This document shows positions 23,553-33,051 of a DNA stretch of 64,000 nucleotides, in pieces. The stretch is from Escherichia coli (lineage in GTDB: Bacteria; Pseudomonadota; Gammaproteobacteria; Enterobacterales; Enterobacteriaceae). Numbering within the stretch: position 1 is the stretch's first letter; every line of letters starts with the position of its first letter. The stretch lies in NCBI RefSeq assembly GCF_041886205.1, contig NZ_CP169031.1. One strand, written 5' to 3'. Position numbers and translations under genes: made by a program. The notes below the pieces were generated by a model that saw only the letters and a program-made list of their open reading frames with translations, made no database searches and was not told the origin of the DNA.

Positions 23553-23797
23553 AAAAGCGATACTACACAGTAAAGCATGGGACGCTACGAGCATTACAAG
23601 AGTTTGCTGACAAGCATAACGTTGAGGTGCGCAGGGAAGGGGGAAGTAAAGCTCTGCGCATGTACCGTCCGGACGGGAAATGGCGTACAGTCGTCGATTT
23701 CAAAACAAACAGTGTTCCCCAGGGCGTCCGCGACCGGGCATTCGAAGAATGGGAGCAGATCATCATAGATAATGCATTGCTTCTCAATGCTGATTGA
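23549..23797 (+). CDS. lxc: Lxc-like small regulator
   Basis: 82-aa ORF overlapping ulx stop, followed by hairpin terminator; named by synteny with P1. Confidence 0.45.
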   Translation: MKKRYYTVKHGTLRALQEFADKHNVEVRREGGSKALRMYRPDGKWRTVVDFKTNSVPQGVRDRAFEEWEQIIIDNALLLNAD

Positions 23798-23806
23798 GTT
23801 TTGTTG

Positions 23807-23831
23807 GCCCGGTTTGCACCGGGCGTTTCAC
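23807..23831 (+). terminator. Hairpin terminator after lxc
   Basis: GCCCGGT-TTGC-ACCGGGC stem-loop followed by GTTTCAC. Confidence 0.5.
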
Positions 23832-23879
23832 AAACAATCAACTGGTTTGTAGTTCCTGCGGCGAGATGAATTATTAATA

Positions 23880-24488
23880 TTATCGTGGTGCCGATGATGC
23901 GATAGCCTGTATGATGTTATCAATATCGTTATCGTTCAGCATGAATATAGGTACACCATTAGAGTTTGCATTTTTTTCAGTGCTCATCAAACAAAGCCCC
24001 TCATACATGCCGCGAGTTTTTTTGAAATTGGCGACTGATGGAGTGGTGTAATTTCCTTTAAAGTGCATTCCGGCTGATTCATAAAAAGGAACCAAATCAG
24101 ACTGGCAAATCAAAGCGACCTCATTTGGAAATGCAAGTATTTCTGCCAGTATATTACTTCCAAGTCCATTACCACGATATTGCTCATATACATATATTTT
24201 ATGACAGTACAACGGAAAATTTCCCGATGGATGTCCGAAGATTAAGGCGTATCCGAACAAGTTTTCTTCATTAGTAAAGCCCATAATGCGCAAATGACCG
24301 GCTCGGTAACACTCTTCAAAAACGTTAATTATGTAGCTTCTCGCTGCTTTCAGCTCCTCTTCTGTCGGGAACATCATCAACCCCATAAGCGATGGAGTAT
24401 AGGCCAGATCCTGAAGAATCCCATTAGCTTCATTTTCGAAAATTAGCGGTAAGTGCGGTACAATTTCATTTGCCGAGGTATTAGACAT
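23880..24488 (-). CDS. GNAT-family N-acetyltransferase (accessory cargo)
   Basis: 202 aa; GNAT acetyl-CoA binding motif QYRGNGLGSNILAEIL and downstream PFYESAGMHF; AT-rich codon usage; 10-bp inverted repeat GAGTCCTTTG/CAAAGGACTC immediately upstream of start. Confidence 0.7.
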   Translation of the reverse strand: MSNTSANEIVPHLPLIFENEANGILQDLAYTPSLMGLMMFPTEEELKAARSYIINVFEECYRAGHLRIMGFTNEENLFGYALIFGHPSGNFPLYCHKIYVYEQYRGNGLGSNILAEILAFPNEVALICQSDLVPFYESAGMHFKGNYTTPSVANFKKTRGMYEGLCLMSTEKNANSNGVPIFMLNDNDIDNIIQAIASSAPR

Positions 24489-24686
24489 AGTATGGTGAGT
24501 CCTTTGTTTTCAAAGGACTCATGTTATCAGTGATAATCGTTTGTTGTAATAGTGTTGATAAAATAATTTTCTATTATGTAAGCAAGCTCATTTTTATGAC
24601 GGGTAATGCAAAAAAAATAGAATCAAAAAACTAAAAAATAATAATTCATGGGGTTTTACACCATCAAAAGTCCCCACTATAAATTA

Positions 24687-25328
24687 TTAGAAATAATTAT
24701 GCTTGCCTGTTAATACCCCTTTCGGCACTTTTTTTTGTTCCAGTGTCTGGGTACCCAGAATTATGTTAATAAGTGGACTTAGTAACGATGGTTCCTGGCG
24801 GGCTTCAACTTCTCCAGCCATTGCCCTGATGTAGTCGGCGCTGGCAACGTTGTTGTATTCCGTCGCAAAGCAACATAGTAATGTCAGAACATGCTCTGTC
24901 GTTATTTCGCTCCAGTTGATGTTGAAAAATTCATCGCCTTTTTTATCGTGTTCGGAATCGAAGATGCTTTGGTGGAGGATGTATTTGCCGGATTCCTTGC
25001 GCGGTAACTTGATCGCTTTCTGGCGTTCCAGCTCCTTGTAAATCTGCATTGCTTCAATCAGTACCGGCCTGCCGTTCATGAAGGGATCGCGCAACCTTAC
25101 ACGCTGGCCAACTCGACCAGTAATAAAGCTGTTTTCCTCTTCCACCAGCACGATAAAACCCTTTTCCTCTTTTTCTCGCAATTCGCGCAGCAGCTGGAGT
25201 TCCATGTCGCGGCGGCGTTCAGGGTAGCTGGTCCGCTCAGCCATTATCAGCTCGTTGTTGATCCATGCAGCAGTCATTGACGCCGGTTTGCCGACGCTCA
25301 TCGAAACAACGCATATTTTCTTATCCAT
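24687..25328 (-). CDS. Hypothetical protein (accessory cargo, partner of GNAT gene)
   Basis: 213 aa from ATG 25328 (track ORF starts at GTG 25355 inside the upstream terminator); AT-rich; no recognised motif. Confidence 0.5.
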   Translation of the reverse strand: MDKKICVVSMSVGKPASMTAAWINNELIMAERTSYPERRRDMELQLLRELREKEEKGFIVLVEEENSFITGRVGQRVRLRDPFMNGRPVLIEAMQIYKELERQKAIKLPRKESGKYILHQSIFDSEHDKKGDEFFNINWSEITTEHVLTLLCCFATEYNNVASADYIRAMAGEVEARQEPSLLSPLINIILGTQTLEQKKVPKGVLTGKHNYF

Positions 25329-25338
25329 AGCGCCCCTA

Positions 25339-25367
25339 CAAAAAAGAAAAGCCACCAGCGGCGGCTT
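25339..25367 (-). terminator. Rho-independent terminator downstream of ref
   Basis: Minus-strand AAGCCGCC-GCT-GGTGGCTT hairpin followed by TTCTTTTTT; ends ~10 nt before ATG of the 213-aa gene. Confidence 0.6.
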
Positions 25368-25516
25368 AGCAATACAACTGAAGGTAGCGCCCGGTACTCA
25401 GACTGTGCCGTCCATGGAATATTTGAAAAGGGATCCATCCGTACCGGGCGTGTGATGATTCTGACTCAAGTCACTTGTCAGTTGTCAATCATTTAAGATT
25501 AAAAATAATATATTTA

Positions 25517-26077
25517 TTAGTGCATAATGTTTGCCATTTCATAGGCGTCAGCCAGCAACTCCATCTCTGACTTGTTCAACAAGGTGAATTCTTTCTTGCC
25601 TCCTACCACGCCATCGGCATGAACAGGGACCAGCCAGGGGTATTTTTCTCTTACTTCAGCCGGTGCTGCATGCTGGTGGTGCCATCTGCAAAGGGGCAAT
25701 TGCTTTTTGTGACAACCCGGCGCGGTACGACCGGAGATATGGTGCAGAGACACCTCTTCAGATATTACTCCATGCATGTAGCAGGCAATGCAGGGGAGAG
25801 TGCCAAGAGCATTGGCGATAGTCTGTTCCTCCTCCGTCGGTGTTCGCCCCTTCAAGCCACGAGATTTTATTTTTACCGCACTTTTCCGCGTTTTGCTGGC
25901 TGGTGGGCGCTCTTTCTGTTTAGCGATACGGCGGTCGATAGAATCCCGCATTTTCTGATATTGCGATTCTCGCCAGGCGGGGTCAGCCAACTTTTCCCGT
26001 TGCCGAGCGATCGCTCGTTCTCTGGCTGCCTTCTGCCACTCGCGGCGCTGTTCAAGTTTTTGTTCGATTGTTTTCAT
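25517..26077 (-). CDS. ref: Ref, HNH-family recombination enhancement endonuclease
   Basis: 186 aa from ATG 26077 (track ORF extends upstream); basic N-terminus (MKTIEQKLEQRREWQKAARERAIARQREK) and HNH/zinc motif CIACYMHG...HHISGRTAPGCHKKQLPLCRWHH, as I recall for P1 Ref. Confidence 0.85.
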   Translation of the reverse strand: MKTIEQKLEQRREWQKAARERAIARQREKLADPAWRESQYQKMRDSIDRRIAKQKERPPASKTRKSAVKIKSRGLKGRTPTEEEQTIANALGTLPCIACYMHGVISEEVSLHHISGRTAPGCHKKQLPLCRWHHQHAAPAEVREKYPWLVPVHADGVVGGKKEFTLLNKSEMELLADAYEMANIMH

Positions 26078-26082
26078 ATGGC

Positions 26083-26108
26083 AAAAAAAAGGCGGCCTAA
26101 TGGCCGCC
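26083..26108 (-). terminator. Hairpin + U-tract immediately upstream of ref start
   Basis: Minus strand GGCGGCC-ATTA-GGCCGCC followed by TTTTTTTT, 5 nt before ref ATG. Confidence 0.55.
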
Positions 26109-26175
26109 AATGATGTCAAGGAGTGAAGTAATGGCAACGTCTTCGTAGTTGACAAAAACTGCGGCCAAATTATAA

Positions 26176-26192
26176 CAATCAATTAGAGCAAT
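26176..26192 (-). promoter_or_regulatory. C1 operator-like site upstream of ref
   Basis: CAATCAATTAGAGCAAT, 14/17 match to operator consensus (reverse orientation). Confidence 0.5.
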
Positions 26193-26324
26193 GGTAGATA
26201 TTTTGTTTCTCGCGAATCACATTTTTTCACTTCAGTACCTGTGTGCTATACTCCTTCTTGATTGATTGGATGCGGAATACAAACCCGCTCTTTTGTGCAG
26301 CCTGGCTCCTTGCCAGGCTTTTTT

Positions 26325-26639
26325 TTATTTCATCATGGAAGCTGTTAACGCTTTGGACCTTGCTGAACTGATTGAAAGGGCATTGTTTACCTTACCCAGG
26401 AGTTTGCCAAATTCCCCCATCACTCTAGTAAGCCCGCGCCGCGCTTCCTCCTCCGTTGCATTCATCACAAAATGTTCAGCACTCCGCATGCTTTTAACGG
26501 GGAACGCAACAGATATCGAGTCGATATCAGGCATCCTATCGCTCAACTTTACGGTGACAATGACAGATGGCGACAGAATATTAGTGCTTACAGACAGCAC
26601 TACATATTTTCCGTCGATGTTGAAATCCTTTCTCATATG
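26325..26639 (-). CDS. Hypothetical small protein between cre and ref
   Basis: 104 aa from internal ATG; operator-like site just upstream; coding status uncertain. Confidence 0.3.
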   Translation of the reverse strand, partial: HMRKDFNIDGKYVVLSVSTNILSPSVIVTVKLSDRMPDIDSISVAFPVKSMRSAEHFVMNATEEEARRGLTRVMGEFGKLLGKVNNALSISSARSKALTASMMK

Positions 26640-26652
26640 CCACCATAAATAC

Positions 26653-26669
26653 CAAAGAATTAGAGCAAT
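26653..26669 (-). promoter_or_regulatory. C1 operator-like site (weak)
   Basis: CAAAGAATTAGAGCAAT, 13/17 match; core ATTAGAGCAAT intact. Confidence 0.4.
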
Positions 26670-26686
26670 CATTTACGCGTTAATGG

Positions 26687-27718
26687 CTAATTGCCATCTT
26701 CCAGCAGGCGCACCATTGCCCCTGTTTCACTATCCAGGTTACGGATATAGTTCATGACAATATTTACATTGGTCCAGCCACCAGCTTGCATGATCTCCGG
26801 TATTGAAACTCCAGCGCGGGCCATATCTCGCGCTGCTCCGACACGGGCACTGTGTCCAGACCAGGCCAGGTATCTCTGACCAGAGTCATCCTTAGCGCCG
26901 TAAATCAATCGATGAGTTGCTTCAAAAATCCCTTCCAGGGCGCGAGTTGATAGCTGGCTGGTGGCAGATGGCGCGGCAACACCATTTTTTCTGACCCGGC
27001 AAAACAGGTAGTTATTCGGATCATCAGCTACACCAGAGACAGAAATCCATCGCTCGACCAGTTTAGTTACCCCCAGGCTAAGTGCCTTCTCTACACCTGC
27101 GGTGCTAACCAGCGTTTTCGTTCTGCCAATATGGATTAACATTCTCCCACCGTCAGTACGTGAGATATCTTTAACCCTGATCCTGGCAATTTCTGCTATA
27201 CGTAGCAGGGTATTATAAGCAATCCCAAGAAATGCCAGATTACGTATATCCTGGCAGCGATCGCTATTTTCCATGAGTGAACGAACCTGGTCGAAATCAG
27301 TGCGTTCGAACGCCAATGCCTGTTTTGCACGTTCACCGGCATCAACGTTTTCTTTTCGAATCCGCCGCATGACCAGTGAAACAGCATTGCTGTCACTTGG
27401 TCGTGGCAGCCCGGACCGACGATGAAGCATGTTTAGCTGGCCCAAATGTTGCTGGATAGTTTTTACTGCCAGACCGCGCGCCTGAAGATATAGAAGATAA
27501 TCGCGAACATCTTCAGGTTCTGCGGGAAACCATTTCCGGTTATTCAACTTGCACCATGCCGCCCACGACCGGCAAACGGACAGAAGCATTTTCCAGGTAT
27601 GCTCAGAAAACGCCTGGCGATCCCTGAACATGTCCATCAGGTTCTTGCGAACCTCATCACTCGTTGCATCGACCGGTAATGCAGGCAAATTTTGGTGTAC
27701 GGTCAGTAAATTGGACAT
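26687..27718 (-). CDS. cre: Cre tyrosine recombinase
   Basis: 343 aa MSNLLTVHQNLPALPVDATSDEVRKNLMDMFRDRQAFSEHTWKMLLSVCRSWAAWCKLNNRKWFPAEPEDVRDYLLYLQARGLAVKTIQQHLGQLNMLHRRSGLPRPSDSNAVSLVMRRIRKENVDAGERAKQALAFERTDFDQVRSLMENSDRCQDIRNLAFLGIAYNTLLRIAEIARIRVKDISRTDGGRMLIHIGRTKTLVSTAGVEKALSLGVTKLVERWISVSGVADDPNNYLFCRVRKNGVAAPSATSQLSTRALEGIFEATHRLIYGAKDDSGQRYLAWSGHSARVGAARDMARAGVSIPEIMQAGGWTNVNIVMNYIRNLDSETGAMVRLLEDGN: essentially the Cre sequence as I know it (last residue N here vs D in my recollection). Confidence 0.97.
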   Translation of the reverse strand: MSNLLTVHQNLPALPVDATSDEVRKNLMDMFRDRQAFSEHTWKMLLSVCRSWAAWCKLNNRKWFPAEPEDVRDYLLYLQARGLAVKTIQQHLGQLNMLHRRSGLPRPSDSNAVSLVMRRIRKENVDAGERAKQALAFERTDFDQVRSLMENSDRCQDIRNLAFLGIAYNTLLRIAEIARIRVKDISRTDGGRMLIHIGRTKTLVSTAGVEKALSLGVTKLVERWISVSGVADDPNNYLFCRVRKNGVAAPSATSQLSTRALEGIFEATHRLIYGAKDDSGQRYLAWSGHSARVGAARDMARAGVSIPEIMQAGGWTNVNIVMNYIRNLDSETGAMVRLLEDGN

Positions 27719-27725
27719 TTAACAC

Positions 27726-27947
27726 TCAGATAATGGTTTTAAGTAAAGTGTACAGGATCGGCTCTGCCTTTACCTGTTTATGGTTCTCGTCATAGAAACG
27801 CCAGCGACCGCGCGTGCGTTCTATTTTCTCTTCACCGCGCGATAATGACAGTTGGCAACTATCACGATCAAACCCTTTTGCCCGCCAGTAACCACGGTTT
27901 TTCTCAAGCTCAAGATGAGTGGACACTTTAGCAGCTGAATATCCCAT
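27726..27947 (-). CDS. cra: Cra-like small protein (cre-associated)
   Basis: 73-aa ORF between loxP and cre on the cre strand. Confidence 0.55.
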   Translation of the reverse strand: MGYSAAKVSTHLELEKNRGYWRAKGFDRDSCQLSLSRGEEKIERTRGRWRFYDENHKQVKAEPILYTLLKTII

Positions 27948-28136
27948 TTTTCACCTCTGATTGATTGGTGGTGCTAAGTGCGCTACGCGAAATCTGGAGC
28001 ACTAACACTGCCAACTTTTCACAGATTTTACGTAGCGCAACCTTGATCAAATGATCAAGTGATCACTATTTGACCTGATAAGGTATTGAACTGTATGGAT
28101 TTACAGGTAAATTGATCATGTTCAATAACCCTTAAG

Positions 28137-28170
28137 ATAACTTCGTATAATGTATGCTATACGAAGTTAT
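28137..28170 (+). other. loxP recombination site
   Basis: Exact 34-bp ATAACTTCGTATA-ATGTATGC-TATACGAAGTTAT (13-bp inverted repeats flanking 8-bp spacer). Confidence 0.98.
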
Positions 28171-28213
28171 TAGGTCTGAAGAGGAGTTTACGTCCAGCTG
28201 CGCATAAAAATCA

Positions 28214-28230
28214 ATAATTATTAGAGCAAT
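28214..28230 (-). promoter_or_regulatory. C1 operator-like site
   Basis: ATAATTATTAGAGCAAT, 15/17 match (reverse orientation). Confidence 0.6.
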
Positions 28231-28296
28231 AAATTTTGAGAGAAAAATCCCACTCCACCAGCCAAAAACTGGATTGTTTTTCATAGTTGTTTGACA

Positions 28297-28313
28297 ATTG
28301 CTCTAATAAATTA
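28297..28313 (+). promoter_or_regulatory. C1 operator overlapping putative -35 of coi/c1 promoter
   Basis: ATTGCTCTAATAAATTA, 16/17 match; TTGACA hexamer directly upstream (28291-28296). Confidence 0.7.
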
Positions 28314-28551
28314 TAGTTTTGCCGCCGTTTCGTAATACGACTTTGGATTCACTATTTAATGTGTCTTCAGCGTTGTAGAGCGGCTCAGAAGGAAATGAGC
28401 AAACAGGGAAACCTTATACAACGGCATTACAGCTATGCATTGCTCATCTTACACACAGCGCAATGTTGTTAGATTACCCCAGCATGGATCATGGGTGAAA
28501 CAGTAGGTCAGAGCTTCAGGCTCTGTGTTGTCAATACAGTGAGGCATAATT

Positions 28552-28761
28552 ATGGCTTTCATTCCACCAACCATCGACGACGTTAGACATTGCTCTAACG
28601 CTTTATCTGTAGACCCCGCCGAAACCGACGCTGCCCGCGCCATTGCTGAACACTACTCAAAGATATCCAATCAGGAGTACCGCATCACCCAAGACGACCT
28701 GGATGATCTCACTGACACAATCGAATATCTCATGGCCACTAACCAGCCAGACTCACAATAA
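28552..28761 (+). CDS. coi: Coi-like C1 inactivator
   Basis: 69-aa acidic ORF immediately upstream of c1 on the same strand, preceded by operators. Confidence 0.55.
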   Translation: MAFIPPTIDDVRHCSNALSVDPAETDAARAIAEHYSKISNQEYRITQDDLDDLTDTIEYLMATNQPDSQ

Positions 28762-28777
28762 ATGCACTAATAAATCT
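28761..28777 (+). promoter_or_regulatory. C1 operator-like site between coi and c1 (weak)
   Basis: AATGCACTAATAAATCT, 14/17 match. Confidence 0.4.
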
Positions 28778-28871
28778 ATTATTTTCGTTGGATCCTTCTA
28801 TAATGGTGGCCAACAACTCCCAGTGTAATCCGCTGTGAGTTGTTGGCCATGTCAATTCTGGAGGAGGATCA

Positions 28872-29723
28872 ATGATAAATTATGTCTACGGCGAACAACT
28901 GTACCAGGAGTTCGTCAGTTTCAGGGATCTCTTTCTAAAAAAAGCTGTTGCACGCGCCCAACACGTTGATGCCGCCAGCGACGGTCGTCCTGTTCGCCCG
29001 GTTGTCGTTCTGCCGTTCAAAGAAACGGACAGCATTCAGGCTGAAATTGATAAATGGACTTTAATGGCGCGGGAACTGGAACAGTACCCAGACCTCAATA
29101 TCCCAAAGACTATTTTATATCCAGTGCCTAACATCCTTCGCGGTGTGCGTAAGGTTACAACTTATCAGACAGAAGCTGTGAACAGCGTCAACATGACTGC
29201 TGGCCGCATTATTCATCTGATTGATAAGGACATTCGCATCCAGAAAAGCGCGGGGATCAATGAGCACAGTGCGAAATACATAGAGAACCTGGAAGCAACA
29301 AAAGAGCTAATGAAGCAGTACCCGGAGGATGAAAAATTCCGTATGCGCGTACACGGCTTTAGCGAAACAATGCTGCGCGTCCATTACATTTCCAGTAGCC
29401 CTAACTACAATGATGGTAAATCAGTTAGTTACCATGTGCCGCTATGTGGTGTGTTTATCTGCGATGAAACTCTCCGTGATGGAATCATCATCAACGGTGA
29501 ATTCGAGAAAGCAAAATTTAGCCTTTATGACTCTATAGAACCGATCATCTGCGACCGCTGGCCGCAGGCAAAAATATATCGCCTGGCAGATATTGAAAAT
29601 GTAAAAAAACAAATTGCCATCACTCGCGAAGAGAAAAAGGTCAAATCAGCCGCATCAGTTACGCGCAGCCGTAAAACTAAGAAGGGGCAGCCAGTAAACG
29701 ACAACCCCGAAAGCGCGCAATAG
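28872..29723 (+). CDS. c1: C1 repressor of lysogeny
   Basis: 283 aa MINYVYGEQLYQEFVSFRDLFLKKAVARAQ..., matching P1 C1 length and N-terminus as recalled; operators of the matching 17-bp type are scattered through the window. Confidence 0.9.
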   Translation: MINYVYGEQLYQEFVSFRDLFLKKAVARAQHVDAASDGRPVRPVVVLPFKETDSIQAEIDKWTLMARELEQYPDLNIPKTILYPVPNILRGVRKVTTYQTEAVNSVNMTAGRIIHLIDKDIRIQKSAGINEHSAKYIENLEATKELMKQYPEDEKFRMRVHGFSETMLRVHYISSSPNYNDGKSVSYHVPLCGVFICDETLRDGIIINGEFEKAKFSLYDSIEPIICDRWPQAKIYRLADIENVKKQIAITREEKKVKSAASVTRSRKTKKGQPVNDNPESAQ

Positions 29724-29747
29724 TTTCTATCCGGCATGATCAATGAG

Positions 29748-31232
29748 TTATTCATTAAGCCATGCCAGAGCTTCATCAACCTGCGCTTCGTCTTCGACGC
29801 TAAGCACTTCATCCTGGGGAACATAATCCGCCAGCATAGCGAAACAATATGTATCCCAATGGTCTGGTGAGTGCAGGTTGAGTTTTTTCTTCATATCCTC
29901 CTTACTCATCACCTTCCATTGACCTGCGGAGTTAATCCCTACAGGGATTTTCGACGCTTCCTCAATAGTTTCATTACCCTTATCCAGTCTCATACGACCA
30001 GATTTTACGGCCTCTGCGGCTTGAACGTTGGCATAAGCACGTTTATCAAAGTACAGGCTCTTATCTTCACGGCTATGCATCTTTTTACCCCAGCGTATAC
30101 GCTGTACGGTAATACCATAATACTCGTACATCAGATCCGCCGTTGCTTTACCCAGGCCATCGCCGTCTATCGCTATGGTGATATTTGGGAATCGCTCAGG
30201 ATTACATTCTGCGAAAATTTTGGCGGCAAGCTGCGTTTCTGTAACGTCTGTGTATTCCAGCATTCGATAGTTGATTACACGGCGTTTATTTCGCTGGCCG
30301 GACACCATCATGATATTGATAACGGACTTATCCCGTCCCGTACCACCAGCAACGTCCACACATGCAAGCCAGCCCCATCCTTTTGCAATCTTGACTTTCC
30401 GCCTCGTTGCACGTTCAACCTCATCACGTCCAAGAAGGAAGCCATCCTGTGATTTAGGGAATAGGCCGCGTACCTTAATCATGTACATAGGGTTATCACG
30501 CCCGCCGTACTCCGCCAGCTTCATTTTGATAAATGCTGGCGTTACCAGCGGTGATTCCTCACTGTTAAGCGTGATCGCCGTATAAACGCCATCAGGGTTA
30601 CCAGGACGCTTGGCCAGTTTATGGTGAGTATCGTAGAAATAGCCGCTTGGGCGTGTAGGCTGTGACAGTAATAAGATGCGGTTATCCTGTCCGGTAAGAG
30701 CACCGGTGATGATACCGAAAGCTCTATCACTGACACCGGAGGCTTCATCGATAATATACAGAAGATGATCTGCGTGTTCACCGGCGAGAGCTTCTTCACT
30801 TCCCAGACGAAAGCCCTTCGGTACTACAGTCCATACACCTTTACCAGTAACCTCATAGAAAGCGGTTTCTGTCAGAACAAAATAATCAGCAAGCCATGGA
30901 AAACGGCTGGTGGCAGTAGCCCAGTTTATCTTGATGTACTTGAAAATACCGGTCATTACCTGCTGAATTTTGTTCGCAACGATAATGGCGCGGGCACCGG
31001 GATACATGATTATGAACAACATGATCATGATAGAAGTCATGTCTGATTTCCCGGTACCGTGACCAGACGAAACAGATGTCTTGCTACCCTGTTCCTGCAC
31101 AGACTCAATAATCAGATCCTGCTGCCAGGTAGGTGTTTTGCCGAACAAAACATCAGCGGCCGCAATCCAGTCATAACGATATAGCGCCACCAGCTCGCGC
31201 CAACGTGGATCCGTTACGCAACTTCTGGCCAT
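29748..31232 (-). CDS. pacB: Terminase large subunit (PacB-like)
   Basis: 494-aa ORF convergent with c1 and directly downstream of pacA (overlapping start/stop); position matches P1 pacB. Confidence 0.8.
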   Translation of the reverse strand: MARSCVTDPRWRELVALYRYDWIAAADVLFGKTPTWQQDLIIESVQEQGSKTSVSSGHGTGKSDMTSIMIMLFIIMYPGARAIIVANKIQQVMTGIFKYIKINWATATSRFPWLADYFVLTETAFYEVTGKGVWTVVPKGFRLGSEEALAGEHADHLLYIIDEASGVSDRAFGIITGALTGQDNRILLLSQPTRPSGYFYDTHHKLAKRPGNPDGVYTAITLNSEESPLVTPAFIKMKLAEYGGRDNPMYMIKVRGLFPKSQDGFLLGRDEVERATRRKVKIAKGWGWLACVDVAGGTGRDKSVINIMMVSGQRNKRRVINYRMLEYTDVTETQLAAKIFAECNPERFPNITIAIDGDGLGKATADLMYEYYGITVQRIRWGKKMHSREDKSLYFDKRAYANVQAAEAVKSGRMRLDKGNETIEEASKIPVGINSAGQWKVMSKEDMKKKLNLHSPDHWDTYCFAMLADYVPQDEVLSVEDEAQVDEALAWLNE

Positions 31233-32425
31233 TAATCATCATCCCCGTATAGCTTGCGGGTAACTTCTTCGTCTTCCTCCTCGTCTTCGTCCAGGTCTTG
31301 TTCCAGCCATGGGTCGTTTGATACACCTTCAGTATCAACATCTCCATAACCGCCTGTATCAACGATATCGGCGATTTCTTCCCTACGCTGCTCAATCCAC
31401 AATGCGGCATCGGCGCGGCGGTTGGCGGCCCGTTCTCGCGCAACTTTATCCAGATCTTCAAGAGAAGGACCACCGACGGCTGTTTGCCTTTCCTCATCAT
31501 CGGTATTGGTCTTAGGAGCACGCAGATCGGCTTTGATTTGCTCCAGCATCAGAGGCGGAACTTTCCCACCATGCGCCTCGATGAATTCAGCTGCTTCCAG
31601 CACTGACCAGTTATTTTCACGCTTTCGTTCGTATGCCAGCTTAACAATGCCAGCTTGCCCCATAGACAAAGCGTGCTTTTCCGCCTCCCGGCTTTCTTTT
31701 CGATAGTTATTCCGGATGCTGTAAATGGTGTTGATCAGGCTGCTTATCTGCGCGGAACAGCTGTTTAGCATGCTCGCGATACGGTATTCAGGCGGAGTAC
31801 CTTCATCATCGTCTTTTTGCTGATCGCGCATTTCCTGCACCAGGCGAATACACGTATCCCTGGCGTTCTCCAGCATAAGGAGATGAGAAAGAGACTTTTC
31901 AAGAAGAGTGGTTTCCAGAACATCGGCCCCGGACCGACGCAACATAGCGCGCGCGGCCTTCCGCGCTTCAACGTTATCTATCAGGTAATCGCCAGCTTCG
32001 AATTCAAAGCGTTCACCATCATCATCCAGGGTGTCGCGTTCCAGGCGATCACGTAAGGTCCGGTGGGCGCGGGTGATCACGTCATGATCATCTGAACGAT
32101 CATTTATGCGCTTATTTTGGCGCTTCGCATTCTCGACTGCGGCACTGATAACGGCATTAACTCTCTGTTTTTCCGCTATTTCAGCCGCAATATGATCACC
32201 TGCATGTTGATCATTAGAGTGATCAATGATCATGCTTTTTAGTGGCTTCCTGACTGGCTTATTTGGCTTGCGGCTGTCCGCAGTCCTGGAGTCTTCTTTG
32301 AAGGCACGGAGATAACGACGTGCGGTATTAGGGTTAAGATTAAACTCGGCGGCATACTGTGCGATGGTGTAACCACCATCTCGCGCCAGGCGAGCAAAAT
32401 TCTTCTTGTGATCGTCCCAGGTCAC
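31232..32425 (-). CDS. pacA: Terminase small subunit (PacA-like), contains pac site
   Basis: 397 aa; N-terminal HTH ([21 protein letters not shown]); acidic C-terminus; pac GATC-hexamer cluster inside the 5' part of the gene. Confidence 0.8.
   Translation of the reverse strand: MTWDDHKKNFARLARDGGYTIAQYAAEFNLNPNTARRYLRAFKEDSRTADSRKPNKPVRKPLKSMIIDHSNDQHAGDHIAAEIAEKQRVNAVISAAVENAKRQNKRINDRSDDHDVITRAHRTLRDRLERDTLDDDGERFEFEAGDYLIDNVEARKAARAMLRRSGADVLETTLLEKSLSHLLMLENARDTCIRLVQEMRDQQKDDDEGTPPEYRIASMLNSCSAQISSLINTIYSIRNNYRKESREAEKHALSMGQAGIVKLAYERKRENNWSVLEAAEFIEAHGGKVPPLMLEQIKADLRAPKTNTDDEERQTAVGGPSLEDLDKVARERAANRRADAALWIEQRREEIADIVDTGGYGDVDTEGVSNDPWLEQDLDEDEEEDEEVTRKLYGDDD
32047..32231 (-). other. 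pac packaging site (two clusters of TGATCA/G hexamers)
   Basis: GATC-containing hexamers at 32047, 32074, 32085, 32098 and 32193, 32208, 32221, 32228, separated by ~90 bp; matches the P1 pac architecture. Confidence 0.75.
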
Positions 32426-32510
32426 TTATGCTTCCTTTCGTAAAAACTCTTTTTGACGCGAGGGTAACGAAAGTCACATGTCAAAAGGCCCGGAACGGGC
32501 AAGCAATCAA

Positions 32511-32963
32511 TCAGATACGTGCGGATGTGGCATTACCGTAATGACGGTGCTGACGGGCCACCTTATTGAAAAGTTGACGCGCCATTACCCAAGGCTGGTG
32601 CTCCCGGCGTTCCTTTTCGTCCTGCGTCATATAGAGTTCGTTCTGGAGTTTTTCATCAAACCGGCGCGGAGCGCGGCTACGGCGAAAGAATTCAGGATTC
32701 AGAGAGTGGATCTGAAATCTACGTGGGCGTGTACTGTCATCAATCAAAACAGACGAATACTTAGACACAGCGATAGCCTTTAAGCGCAGATAAACATCGC
32801 GCTTATCGACATCCAGATGCGGGTATTCCTTTTCAAGGATTGCTGCGAGTTCTTTCGCTGATAGAAGAGACTTAGTGCGGATCATGTAATCCGCAATCTC
32901 ATACGATGTTATTCGTGAGTGATTTATTTCCATGAAGTGGCGTCCCTGCCAGTTAAGTAACAT
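32511..32963 (-). CDS. lpa: Lpa-like late promoter activator
   Basis: 150-aa ORF (alternative ATG at 32933) upstream of pacA with a C1 operator-like site upstream; named by synteny. Confidence 0.5.
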   Translation of the reverse strand: MLLNWQGRHFMEINHSRITSYEIADYMIRTKSLLSAKELAAILEKEYPHLDVDKRDVYLRLKAIAVSKYSSVLIDDSTRPRRFQIHSLNPEFFRRSRAPRRFDEKLQNELYMTQDEKERREHQPWVMARQLFNKVARQHRHYGNATSARI

Positions 32964-33033
32964 CCTGTCACCGACTGATTAGCCCATGTCAACTAATCAA
33001 CGTGGAATATAATACCCTCTATTAAAGAAATAG

Positions 33034-33050
33034 CAATACATTAGAGCAAT
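33034..33050 (-). promoter_or_regulatory. C1 operator-like site upstream of lpa
   Basis: CAATACATTAGAGCAAT, 14/17 match. Confidence 0.5.
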
Positions 33051-33051
33051 T

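Noticed and set aside
25510-25526. Additional weak operator-like sites (ATATTTATTAGTGCATA at 25510; CATGCACTAATTAATTT at 48496)
   Set aside because: Four mismatches each, including changes in the conserved core; not distinguishable from background AT-rich sequence.
26266-26757. 163-aa plus-strand ORF between ref and cre
   Set aside because: Overlaps the minus-strand small ORF and the cre 3' end, with no RBS; more likely non-coding regulatory DNA containing operator sites.
28320-28345. T7-promoter-like string TAATACGACT...TCACTAT
   Set aside because: Interrupted by a 6-nt insertion relative to the T7 consensus; the 13-mer ATACGACTTTGGA recurs at 37124, but 13-bp chance repeats are expected in 64 kb.
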